A DNA stretch of 32,000 nt from Fibrobacter succinogenes subsp. succinogenes S85 (lineage in GTDB: Bacteria; Fibrobacterota; Fibrobacteria; Fibrobacterales; Fibrobacteraceae): contig NC_017448.1 in assembly GCF_000146505.1 (NCBI RefSeq), forward strand, positions 300,001-332,000, in the 5' to 3' direction. Of the stretch, positions 17,558 to 25,395 are shown piece after piece. The translations under genes were made by a program, and so were the position numbers. Position 1 is the first letter of the stretch, and every line of letters starts with the position of its first letter. The notes under the pieces were generated by a model, which saw nothing but the letters and a program-made list of their open reading frames with translations, had not been told where the DNA came from and made no database searches.

Positions 17558-17614
17558 TTTTATCACCAAAATAAGCAAATCAGCGTGATTTTCATCCCTT
17601 TTATCACCCAAATA
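17558..17614. repeat. Two direct copies of TTTTATCACC(A/C)AAATA, 41 nt apart, upstream of the OMP gene
   Basis: 17558-17573 ttttatcaccaaaata and 17599-17614 ttttatcacccaaata (15/16 identical) lie in the 134-nt intergenic region. AAGGAG RBS lies a few nt upstream of the ATG at 17687. Confidence 0.5.
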
Positions 17615-17686
17615 TCCATTTGGACATAAAAAGGCTTTTCTTTTTACCTTATAATTACTAGATTAATCCTTAAAAGGAGATTCAAT

Positions 17687-18697
17687 ATGAATTTTTTCAA
17701 AAAGTTTCTTGCAACAACGCTTGCACTTGCAGCTTCAATTTACGCTGCCGAACGCGTCTATTTGGCTCCGTTCAGCATGGTCGGCTTAAATGAAGACTTT
17801 GGCATTGCCGCCGAAAAGCTCATGAACGCTTATATTGATGATAACGGACGCTTTATTTTGGTCAACTACGCCGAAGACGATTCCGTGAAAACCGGCGACC
17901 GCGAATCCGCAAACAATATCGCCATTAAAAAGAACTGCACCAAGTTCATCATGGCTGAATTTACCCGCCTAGGCGAAAACGTCATTACCGCATTCAAGCT
18001 CTATGACATCAACAACGAAGCCCCGGTCTGGAGCGACCGCCTCAAGGCAAAGAATCCCGACGACTTTGATCCGATTATCCAGCGTGTCGCACGTAACATC
18101 GGAACCAGGCACAAGGCCACCAACGATGACGATATCTATACCGTCACCGAACAGGAAACCAAGAATCCGAGAAAGAAGGGCGTGACCTCTTACTGGGGGG
18201 CAAAAATCGTGGGCGCACTCCCGCTCAACCCGTCCGAAGCAAAGATGGACGCAGGCCTTGGCGCATTCGTCTTGTATGACGCAAGAGACCTCCTCTTCGG
18301 TTTTGACTGGACCATCACCAACCTCGGCGAAAGCTACGACAAGACCAGACTTATCGACTTGACCCTTTCTGCCTACTATCCGTTCACGACCTCCAACATT
18401 ACTCCGTATGCCGGTGGCGGCCTCTCCTACAGCTGGCGTGACACGCACATTGATACCGACCGTTTCTACAATTCTAACGAAGCAAATGGCCTTTCTTTGC
18501 AAATCGGTGGTGGTGTGTTGTTCAATCGTGCAAGCCGCGTGATGTTCATTGCCCAGGCAACCTACTTTATCGACTTCTTTGAAACATCATTCTACAGAGA
18601 ACAGTATGATACAGTTGGTAGAATAACCAACATCATTGAATCAAAGCACTACATGAACGGCTTTAAGTTCGGTCTGGGTCTTGCAATCGGTTTCTAA
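17687..18697 (+). CDS. Outer-membrane protein: N-terminal periplasmic domain + C-terminal small beta-barrel
   Basis: Signal peptide MNFFKKFLATTLALAASIYA|AE. C-terminal half has alternating-hydrophobic strands, ending GLGLAIGF (terminal Phe). AAGGAG RBS. Confidence 0.6.
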   Translation: MNFFKKFLATTLALAASIYAAERVYLAPFSMVGLNEDFGIAAEKLMNAYIDDNGRFILVNYAEDDSVKTGDRESANNIAIKKNCTKFIMAEFTRLGENVITAFKLYDINNEAPVWSDRLKAKNPDDFDPIIQRVARNIGTRHKATNDDDIYTVTEQETKNPRKKGVTSYWGAKIVGALPLNPSEAKMDAGLGAFVLYDARDLLFGFDWTITNLGESYDKTRLIDLTLSAYYPFTTSNITPYAGGGLSYSWRDTHIDTDRFYNSNEANGLSLQIGGGVLFNRASRVMFIAQATYFIDFFETSFYREQYDTVGRITNIIESKHYMNGFKFGLGLAIGF

Positions 18698-18698
18698 T

Positions 18699-19265
18699 AT
18701 GAAATCCAAGGTCATTTCCCTCCTATTGCTTGCCGCCGTGTCAGTAAACCTGACCGGGTGCTTTGCAGGGCGTACAGGCGTTGTCGCAAGCCAATACGCG
18801 TCTACGCCTTACGACATTTACCTTAACGGTAAACAAGTCTGCAAAATGGGCAACGATGATGACTGTAGCTTTCAGACTCGAGGCACCCGAGCAGGTGGCA
18901 TGCTTGAAGCCTACCTGAACGGCCAGCGAGTCGGTTCTACAAACATTCATCGCGAAATCACGATGGCGAGCATCTTGTTCGCGCCGTTCACATACTGTTT
19001 GTCCATTTGGCTCTACAAAGCTTATCCTGATGAAATTGAAATTCCAATTGATACTTACTTGTTAAGGAATGGCGGCAACAACGAAGGTTTTGACAACGGA
19101 GGAAGTGTCTGGGATCGCCCCTACAATCTACCGAAGAAGTCAAAGAAAGTTGAAGCCCCCGTCGAAGAACCTACAGAAGAAAATGCTCCGGCAACAGTAA
19201 GAGATGGAGCAACTGAAGATTCTAGCGATGAACCAGCACCCGCACAAAAGAGCGTTTGGGACTAA
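18699..19265 (+). CDS. Lipoprotein with one internal hydrophobic segment and an acidic Pro/Glu-rich tail
   Basis: ATG 18699 gives MKSKVISLLLLAAVSVNLTGC (lipobox LTG|C). The track ORF begins at an upstream TTG at 18681, which overlaps the previous gene. Confidence 0.65.
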   Translation: MKSKVISLLLLAAVSVNLTGCFAGRTGVVASQYASTPYDIYLNGKQVCKMGNDDDCSFQTRGTRAGGMLEAYLNGQRVGSTNIHREITMASILFAPFTYCLSIWLYKAYPDEIEIPIDTYLLRNGGNNEGFDNGGSVWDRPYNLPKKSKKVEAPVEEPTEENAPATVRDGATEDSSDEPAPAQKSVWD

Positions 19266-19293
19266 CAAAATACTCTAAAAATTTTTATCTTTA

Positions 19294-19328
19294 GCCGAGA
19301 AATCATAGCCGATTTCACGGCTTTTTTA
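19294..19328 (+). terminator. Rho-independent terminator
   Basis: GCCGAGAAATC / loop ATAGCC / GATTTCACGGC (11-bp stem, one mismatch) followed by TTTTTTATT. Confidence 0.6.
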
Positions 19329-19341
19329 TTTGAGGTTTACA

Positions 19342-20745
19342 ATGGCTAAGAAGAAAGATACCCAGACTAACATGTGGACGGGCCGCTTTGCTAGTGGCAT
19401 GGCTCAGAGCATGGTCGATTTAAGTTTCAGCTTGCAGTTTGATGCAGAACTCATTGAAGAAGATATCGAAGGAAGCATCGGACATGGCAAGGGTCTTGTT
19501 GAATCTGGAGTTCTTTCTAAAGCTGACTACAAGAAGATTTGCGACGGCCTCAAGAGCATTCTCGATGACTACCACGCCGGCAAAAACCTCTGGTGCGATA
19601 GCGACGAAGACATCCACATGGCTGTGGAACGCGTGCTTACCGAACGCATCGGCGCACTAGGCAAGAAGATTCACACGGGCCGTAGCCGCAATGACCAGGT
19701 CTGCACGGACTTCAAGCTTTACATGCGTCATCGCGCTGCAGAAATCCGCCAGCTCGAAATTGAACTTATGGAAACGGTTCTGGACCTTTCCAAGAAGTAC
19801 TTTGGCAAGATGATGCCGGGTTACACGCACTTGCAGCAGGCTCAACCGATTTACTTTAGCCATTACCTCATGAGCATGTTCTTTGCCGTGAGCCGTGATG
19901 TGAAGCGCCTTGACAACTTCCTCGAATTGCATAGCCAGCTCCCGCTTGGCAGTGGCGCTATGGCAGGTTCTGCATTCCCGTACCACCGCGCACTCGTTGC
20001 TGAAGCACTCGGTTTCAAGGACGTGAGCCCGAACAGCATTGACGCAGTGAGCCATCGCGACATGATGCTTGAATTCAACGCAGACCTAGCCATCATCGCC
20101 AATACGATGAGCCGTTATGCCGAAGACTTTGTGAACTGGAGCTCTAGCGAATTTGGCTACCTCACCTTGCACGATGCATTCTCCAGCGGATCTTCAATGA
20201 TGCCGCAGAAGAAGAATCCGGACTCCATGGAACTCATCCGCGGAAAGTCTGGCCGTATGCTCGGAAACTTCACTGCACTCTACACTCTCGCCAAGGGCGC
20301 TCCGCTCAGCTACAGCCGCGACTTGCAAGAAGACAAGGAACCGGTCTTTGACAGCGTCCACAACGTGAAAGTGATTCTCCGCGTGATGAAGGAAGCTTTG
20401 GAAACGGCACGCTTCAACTTCGAAACGATGCATGCGAAGATGCTCCCGGCTCTCCTTGCAACCGACCTTGCAGACTTGCTCGTGGAAGCAGGCGTTCCGT
20501 TCCGCGACGCCCACCACATCGTGGGAAGCCTCGTCGGCGATGCCGCACGTGCAGGCAAGCAGTTCACGGAACTTTCTGACGAGGCTTGGGCCGCCGCAGG
20601 CGTCCCGGACGTCGCCAAGATGAAGAAGACGCTTACGTTCGAATACAGCGTAAGCAAGCGTAATATTGAAGGCGGTACGGGTCCGAAGTCCGTGAAGCAG
20701 CAGTTCACGAAGGCAGCCGCACTCATCAAGAAACTCAAGAAGTAA
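19342..20745 (+). CDS. argH: Argininosuccinate lyase
   Basis: Fumarate-lyase signature GSSMMPQKKNPD, GYTHLQQAQP and TGRSRNDQV. ATG 19342 has GAGG 6 nt upstream. The track ORF starts at TTG 19330. Confidence 0.95.
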   Translation: MAKKKDTQTNMWTGRFASGMAQSMVDLSFSLQFDAELIEEDIEGSIGHGKGLVESGVLSKADYKKICDGLKSILDDYHAGKNLWCDSDEDIHMAVERVLTERIGALGKKIHTGRSRNDQVCTDFKLYMRHRAAEIRQLEIELMETVLDLSKKYFGKMMPGYTHLQQAQPIYFSHYLMSMFFAVSRDVKRLDNFLELHSQLPLGSGAMAGSAFPYHRALVAEALGFKDVSPNSIDAVSHRDMMLEFNADLAIIANTMSRYAEDFVNWSSSEFGYLTLHDAFSSGSSMMPQKKNPDSMELIRGKSGRMLGNFTALYTLAKGAPLSYSRDLQEDKEPVFDSVHNVKVILRVMKEALETARFNFETMHAKMLPALLATDLADLLVEAGVPFRDAHHIVGSLVGDAARAGKQFTELSDEAWAAAGVPDVAKMKKTLTFEYSVSKRNIEGGTGPKSVKQQFTKAAALIKKLKK

Positions 20746-20764
20746 TCCGCCAATTACAATTGTG

Positions 20765-20798
20765 AAAATGCCGCGCAGTTGAACTGCACGGCATTTTT
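20765..20798. terminator. Bidirectional rho-independent terminator between convergent genes
   Basis: AAAATGCCGCGCAG / loop TTGAA / CTGCACGGCATTTT. One mismatch, with an A-run on one side and a T-run on the other. Confidence 0.55.
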
Positions 20799-20819
20799 GC
20801 TAAATTCAAAATTCTTTTG

Positions 20820-22133
20820 TTATTTCTTTACGCAACGAACGGAGTATTTATTCTTTTTGTCATAAGACATGAATGAAGGCACCTGATCGTAATAGTTAAT
20901 CCAGAAAGTAGATGCTTTAGATTCATCCGAAAGATTTTCATTCACCCAAAAATAAGCGCTAGCCTTCAAATCAAAGAAATCCTTCCCGTCCATTCCGCCT
21001 GCCGGTTTTGCATCAAAGCCCCAGAAGTTCAGGCCCTTTGATGCATTATTGGACCAGCCCGACGTAGAGCGCAAAGCGGCATTAGTCTTTGCATACATCT
21101 TCAACGAAGAATATTGCGTTTTTGTAGGCAGTTGCCACCCATCCGGGCATATTTTCAATGCGGCTTCATAAGAATAAAGACGGCCAAACTCCTTGCAGTA
21201 TTCCTTATCGTCGTTATAGCAACTACTCCCATCATCATTGACATTTACGTTATCCGCCATCCAGGTGACACCATCAATTTCAATTGTCCTATAAGATTGA
21301 TCCCCGATTTTCAAAGTACCATAATCTTGAGGAATTTTCTCTAGATATGAAGAATCCAAAACATCCTTCCCCGTCACAATATTTGCAGAATTCTTATTGG
21401 CAACGCAGCGTACCGCTAAGCCATGGTCTTTGTAGAAATTGCCCAACTGAATCACACCAACATCATGACGGAGCTGCCAACCTTCGGCCGTACCATTATC
21501 ATGTTCATTTGAAGACCAGAAGAAAGCGATTCGGCCCGTACTCATAAAGGTTTCGCCATCATTGTTGCGACGACCAGAAGCTTTCGCACCGAAGCCAAAA
21601 CGGTTCGTCGGCTTACGGACTTCGTCAGAAGCACTCCAAGTTTCCGTTGACTTTAAACTCGTACCAGAGCCTTCACCACCGTTATTAGTTTCTACATAAT
21701 TAACTAAAGAAAGCCAATCGTTCCCAGACGGAATTCTCCAACCATTGGGGCAAATTCCCTTCGTCGATGAAACATAGCCTACGCTTGCCGAATTGAACTT
21801 TTTATCATAATCTAAAGCAGCCGTCCAGGAATAAAGCCGTCCATATTTTTCGCATTTAGCATCATCCTCATGACACCATGTGTTTCCTGCAAGATTTTTG
21901 GTACTCACAGAATCAGCATAACGGAGATTTTCAGTCATCCAATACAGGTCGCCAATCAACGCCACGCCGTATGAATTATTATCTCGTGGGTCAATAATCT
22001 TTCCGTCTCTAAAGACAGGATTATTTTCATTAGAATAGACAATGCTTTCTTCGGAGGAACAGCCGACTATACTAAAGAAGGAGGCCGCAGCGGCCAAAAG
22101 AACTGTATTTTTGAGATTGAGGACGGTATTCAT
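20820..22133 (-). CDS. Lipoprotein with two 'Fibrobacter succinogenes major paralogous domain' (TIGR02145-like) copies
   Basis: Lipobox FFSIVG|C. Two homologous halves each contain W(M)xxNL, (Y/F)GRLYS(W/Y)xAAL, CP(N/D)GW(R/Q)(I/L)P, FGFxAKxxG, (F/Y)FW and (A/S)VRCV. Confidence 0.85.
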   Translation of the reverse strand: MNTVLNLKNTVLLAAAASFFSIVGCSSEESIVYSNENNPVFRDGKIIDPRDNNSYGVALIGDLYWMTENLRYADSVSTKNLAGNTWCHEDDAKCEKYGRLYSWTAALDYDKKFNSASVGYVSSTKGICPNGWRIPSGNDWLSLVNYVETNNGGEGSGTSLKSTETWSASDEVRKPTNRFGFGAKASGRRNNDGETFMSTGRIAFFWSSNEHDNGTAEGWQLRHDVGVIQLGNFYKDHGLAVRCVANKNSANIVTGKDVLDSSYLEKIPQDYGTLKIGDQSYRTIEIDGVTWMADNVNVNDDGSSCYNDDKEYCKEFGRLYSYEAALKICPDGWQLPTKTQYSSLKMYAKTNAALRSTSGWSNNASKGLNFWGFDAKPAGGMDGKDFFDLKASAYFWVNENLSDESKASTFWINYYDQVPSFMSYDKKNKYSVRCVKK

Positions 22134-22171
22134 AACTATTCCTTATAAAGTTTAGTTATGAATAATATACA

Positions 22172-22837
22172 TTACTTTTTGTCTTGCGGAACCAACCGAT
22201 CCACGATTCTGAACAAATCGTTGTAAATTTCGAGGAAGTCTTCAATCCAAATCGGGTCGTGTTCACCAACTATGTGGAACGTTTCTTCGAGCGTATGGAG
22301 CGAGTTGTAAAGGCCCACGGTCGAACCGGCCGGCTGGACGTATCCGCCACTGTACGCAGACGATGCGACAATGCGGGCGCGGTAACTGCGGCGGAGTCGT
22401 GCAATCAAGGCACTGCGGAGCGCCAAGAGTTCGTCGTGCGCGACAAGGTATTCGCCTTTCTGGATCCAGCCATCGACAATGTTCAAACGGCGATTGATGG
22501 AATCGCGTTCCGTAGACGGCACGAGCATTTTCTTTGCATTGAGCGTTGTACGGATGCGCTTCACAATGTTGTTCAGCAAGTCTGCATTCCAGAAAATCAT
22601 CGGCGGGCGCGCATCGCCCTTGTTCGTCTCGAGAGCGGGCTTGTGGGCTTGAATCCAGCGGTCCAACTTCTGCGCGACTAGTTTTGCCTCGGGATAACGG
22701 TCCACCGCCACATATTCCTGGGCGCGCGTGTAAAGCGTATCCGCATAAACCATCCGCCAATGCGAAAGCTTACCAGTCTTGCGAATGGCATCGATACTAG
22801 CCTTGATTTCGGACAGTTTTTCGGTAAGCTCTTCCAT
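22172..22837 (-). CDS. Hypothetical cytoplasmic protein, helical-looking, translationally coupled to the MotB-like gene
   Basis: 221 aa. No signal peptide, TM or catalytic motif recognised. The ATG overlaps the upstream stop (TAATG). Confidence 0.6.
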   Translation of the reverse strand: MEELTEKLSEIKASIDAIRKTGKLSHWRMVYADTLYTRAQEYVAVDRYPEAKLVAQKLDRWIQAHKPALETNKGDARPPMIFWNADLLNNIVKRIRTTLNAKKMLVPSTERDSINRRLNIVDGWIQKGEYLVAHDELLALRSALIARLRRSYRARIVASSAYSGGYVQPAGSTVGLYNSLHTLEETFHIVGEHDPIWIEDFLEIYNDLFRIVDRLVPQDKK

Positions 22838-23487
22838 TAGGGCGTTACCTCAGCTGTTTTGTTGGACTGGAGCGGGGTCACACCGATTTCCACGCGACGG
22901 TTCAAACGGCGATGTTCTTCGCTATCGTTCGGGTATTTCGGGCGGTGTTCACCAAAGCCTGCAGCAAAGAGTCTATCGGGCGGAAAGCCCATTTTCACGA
23001 GCATCTTGACCACGTTCACGGCACGTTCCGTAGAAAGGTTCCAGTTCGTATAAGATGTCGAGCCGCTAAACGGAATGTCGTCCGTAAAGCCACTCACCAT
23101 GATCACGTCCGTAGAATCAAGAGCTTCCAAAAGACCCTTGCTGATACCGCGAATCACGCCCTCGCCTTCCTTGGTGAGGTTAGCTCCGTTGATCGGGAAA
23201 AGGAAACTCGCCTGGATCTGGATTTTACCGTCTTCGAGCGCGATAAGGCCAGCTTCGATGGAGGTCTGCAAGCTCTTGGACAAAAGCGCATTGCGTTCTG
23301 CCGCAATCTTACGCATCTGTTCCTGGCAGCTGAGCACTTCTTCTTCGGTACGCGTGAGGTCTTCCGCTTTTTGTTCCTTGAGGGTCGCCATCGCCACAAA
23401 CGCAAGGATAAAGAGCGAAACGAGGGCAACGCCCAAGTCCGTGTACGCCATCCATGGATTGCTATTTTCGTCTCTATTGCGACGCAT
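22837..23487 (-). CDS. MotB/ZorB-like stator subunit with OmpA-like peptidoglycan-binding domain
   Basis: 216 aa. PWMAYTD(17)LGVALVSLFILAF is the MotB-type TM helix with the conserved Asp. C-terminal OmpA-like motifs are VSGFTDD, NWNLSTERA, GFGEHRP and NRRVEI. Confidence 0.85.
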   Translation of the reverse strand: MRRNRDENSNPWMAYTDLGVALVSLFILAFVAMATLKEQKAEDLTRTEEEVLSCQEQMRKIAAERNALLSKSLQTSIEAGLIALEDGKIQIQASFLFPINGANLTKEGEGVIRGISKGLLEALDSTDVIMVSGFTDDIPFSGSTSYTNWNLSTERAVNVVKMLVKMGFPPDRLFAAGFGEHRPKYPNDSEEHRRLNRRVEIGVTPLQSNKTAEVTP

Positions 23488-23489
23488 GA

Positions 23490-25388
23490 TTAACCTTCAG
23501 CTTTAGGTTGAGCGGGAATTGCAGAACGCTGTGTCTGTTCGAGCACTTCAAGCAAGATTTCCTGAGTCTTGACCGCATTTTCCATGAGCACTTCGCTTGC
23601 GCGTTCATGGAAGGCTTCGAGAGACTGGTTGAGGTGTTCGACAAAGTTATCTTCTTCTTCGTATTCTGCGGTATCGCCAGAGAGCTTTTCGAGAATCGTT
23701 TCAAGGCCGCTACGCAGCATTTCGAGATTGGCGCTGAGTTCGGACTGGTTCACGCGCATAAGTTCTGCGGTTTCCACGATGTTTCCGCCAAGAGCATCCG
23801 TGGCTTCCTTTTCCTTGACCACGCGATTGTCGATGCTTTCGGTGAGCGCCTTTTGAGCTTCGAGAAGCACGCTTGACGTTTCGGAAAGCTTCTGGAATGC
23901 GCCGAGAATGTCGGAAGAAAGGGCGCCGAGCTTTTCGGAAACGTTCTGGGAGAGTTCTGCAGAACCGGCCTGAGCGTTTTCGGCAACTTGGAGAGCCACG
24001 TTCTTGAGCGTTTCGAGACCTTCGCGCTGGGAATCCACATTGGCAGTCGTCTTGTCTTCGAGACGCTGCATAAAGTCAGCCCACTGTTCGCTAGACTGCT
24101 TGACCTGTTCAGCAACGGAATCACCGATGCTCTTAGAAGCTTCGTCCATAGCATCCTTAGTAAGGTATGCCACATCCATCGTGCCCTTCGCCACATCCTG
24201 AAGGCCAGCCTTAACATCGGATGCAACGCCATCAAGGCCTGCTTTAACTTCAGAGGCGACCTTAGAAAGTGCGGTTTCCACATTGCCAGAAACTCCATCA
24301 AGCGAAGACTTAACGCCTGAAGAAAGACCTTCGAGGCTAGCATTCAAGGCAACAGAAATACCATTGAGTTTATCGTCGAGCTTCGACGGGATAGCCTCAA
24401 CAGACTTGGAGAGCGCACCGATATTTTCATTGATCGGGCTGAAAGCGTTCGTCACAGAAGCGCCAACAAGTTCGCCAAACTTCTGCGTTGATTCGTTCAT
24501 GTTAGCCACTGCACCAGCGAGAGAATCATTGACCGTCTTGATAGAAGAAGTCATTTCCGTAGAAACCTTCTGGACAGATTCCACAACATCCTGGTTCAGC
24601 TTCGAAGTCATGGCAGAGAGTTCCTCACCCACCATCGAGACAACACCAGCCAAACCATCCTTCACGGAAGATGCAATCACGGACAAATTCTTTTCAACAG
24701 ATTCAAAGAGGCGTTCAAGTTCGTTCTTGTCTTCTTCAATCACGCCTTCTGCGCTTTCATCTTCTTGCATGTCGAGCGTGAAGGTGTCGAGGTGCGCCAT
24801 GAATTCATCGCGCTTGGAGCTGAGCACCGTGCGGCTTGCGCTCAAAATCAAGGCGGCAAACAAACCACAAAGGCTAGTACCGAAAATGCCCTTCATGTTC
24901 TGGAAAAGCACCTGAATCGTATCAAGCGTACCCTGCGTCGTGGAATTGTCAATCGCGCCACCGGCGGTTGCCACAGACTGCATAAGGCCGAAGAACGTAC
25001 CCATAAGGCCAAGGAGAATGACCGTAGAACCCACGCTGCGGTTGAGCGGAATCGAAGAACCCGACGAAAGCACGTCAAAGGCAATCGTGGAATCCAGGCG
25101 GATGTTCTTTTGCAACAGACGCTTTGCAAGTTCAATTCTCTTCGCGACAACGCCCGTTCCCGGTTCCGGATAAGCGTTCCCTTTTTCGCAAGAATCGATA
25201 ACTTCGTCTTCGGCGATAATCTGCTTCATCTTGCGGATGGCAGAAAATTGCTCCACCAAGTAGACAGCCATGATGGCGATCATGATGATCCAGCCAAATG
25301 CCGGGGCGCCAAAGTAAAGAGCGCCTGCGATAAGGGCTATAAAACCCACCACCGTCAAAATAAGAATCGTATTGAATGCATTTTTCAT
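23490..25388 (-). CDS. MotA/TolQ/ExbB-family proton-channel protein with ~440-aa C-terminal helical repeat tail (ZorA-like architecture)
   Basis: 632 aa. Hydrophobic helices at about aa 5-26, 30-46, 119-140 and 165-188. Channel signature LLGLMGTFFGLMQS. Residues 190-632 are hydrophilic and helical-looking, with 11-residue periodicity. Confidence 0.8.
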   Translation of the reverse strand: MKNAFNTILILTVVGFIALIAGALYFGAPAFGWIIMIAIMAVYLVEQFSAIRKMKQIIAEDEVIDSCEKGNAYPEPGTGVVAKRIELAKRLLQKNIRLDSTIAFDVLSSGSSIPLNRSVGSTVILLGLMGTFFGLMQSVATAGGAIDNSTTQGTLDTIQVLFQNMKGIFGTSLCGLFAALILSASRTVLSSKRDEFMAHLDTFTLDMQEDESAEGVIEEDKNELERLFESVEKNLSVIASSVKDGLAGVVSMVGEELSAMTSKLNQDVVESVQKVSTEMTSSIKTVNDSLAGAVANMNESTQKFGELVGASVTNAFSPINENIGALSKSVEAIPSKLDDKLNGISVALNASLEGLSSGVKSSLDGVSGNVETALSKVASEVKAGLDGVASDVKAGLQDVAKGTMDVAYLTKDAMDEASKSIGDSVAEQVKQSSEQWADFMQRLEDKTTANVDSQREGLETLKNVALQVAENAQAGSAELSQNVSEKLGALSSDILGAFQKLSETSSVLLEAQKALTESIDNRVVKEKEATDALGGNIVETAELMRVNQSELSANLEMLRSGLETILEKLSGDTAEYEEEDNFVEHLNQSLEAFHERASEVLMENAVKTQEILLEVLEQTQRSAIPAQPKAEG

Positions 25389-25395
25389 TTTTTAC

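Noticed and set aside
17525-17560. Possible terminator hairpin AATTCTT-GAAA-AAGAATT at the end of the PlsC-like gene
   Set aside because: The stem is a 7-bp all-A/T-plus-one-C stem lying inside the coding sequence. It is separated from the T-run by about 16 nt, which is too weak to call.
22837-25388. Interpretation as TolQ/TolR-Pal, ExbB/ExbD or a flagellar MotAB stator
   Set aside because: TolR and ExbD lack an OmpA-like peptidoglycan-binding domain. TolQ, ExbB and MotA lack a 440-aa tail. No tolA, tolB, tonB or flagellar genes are nearby. This cannot be fully excluded without searches.
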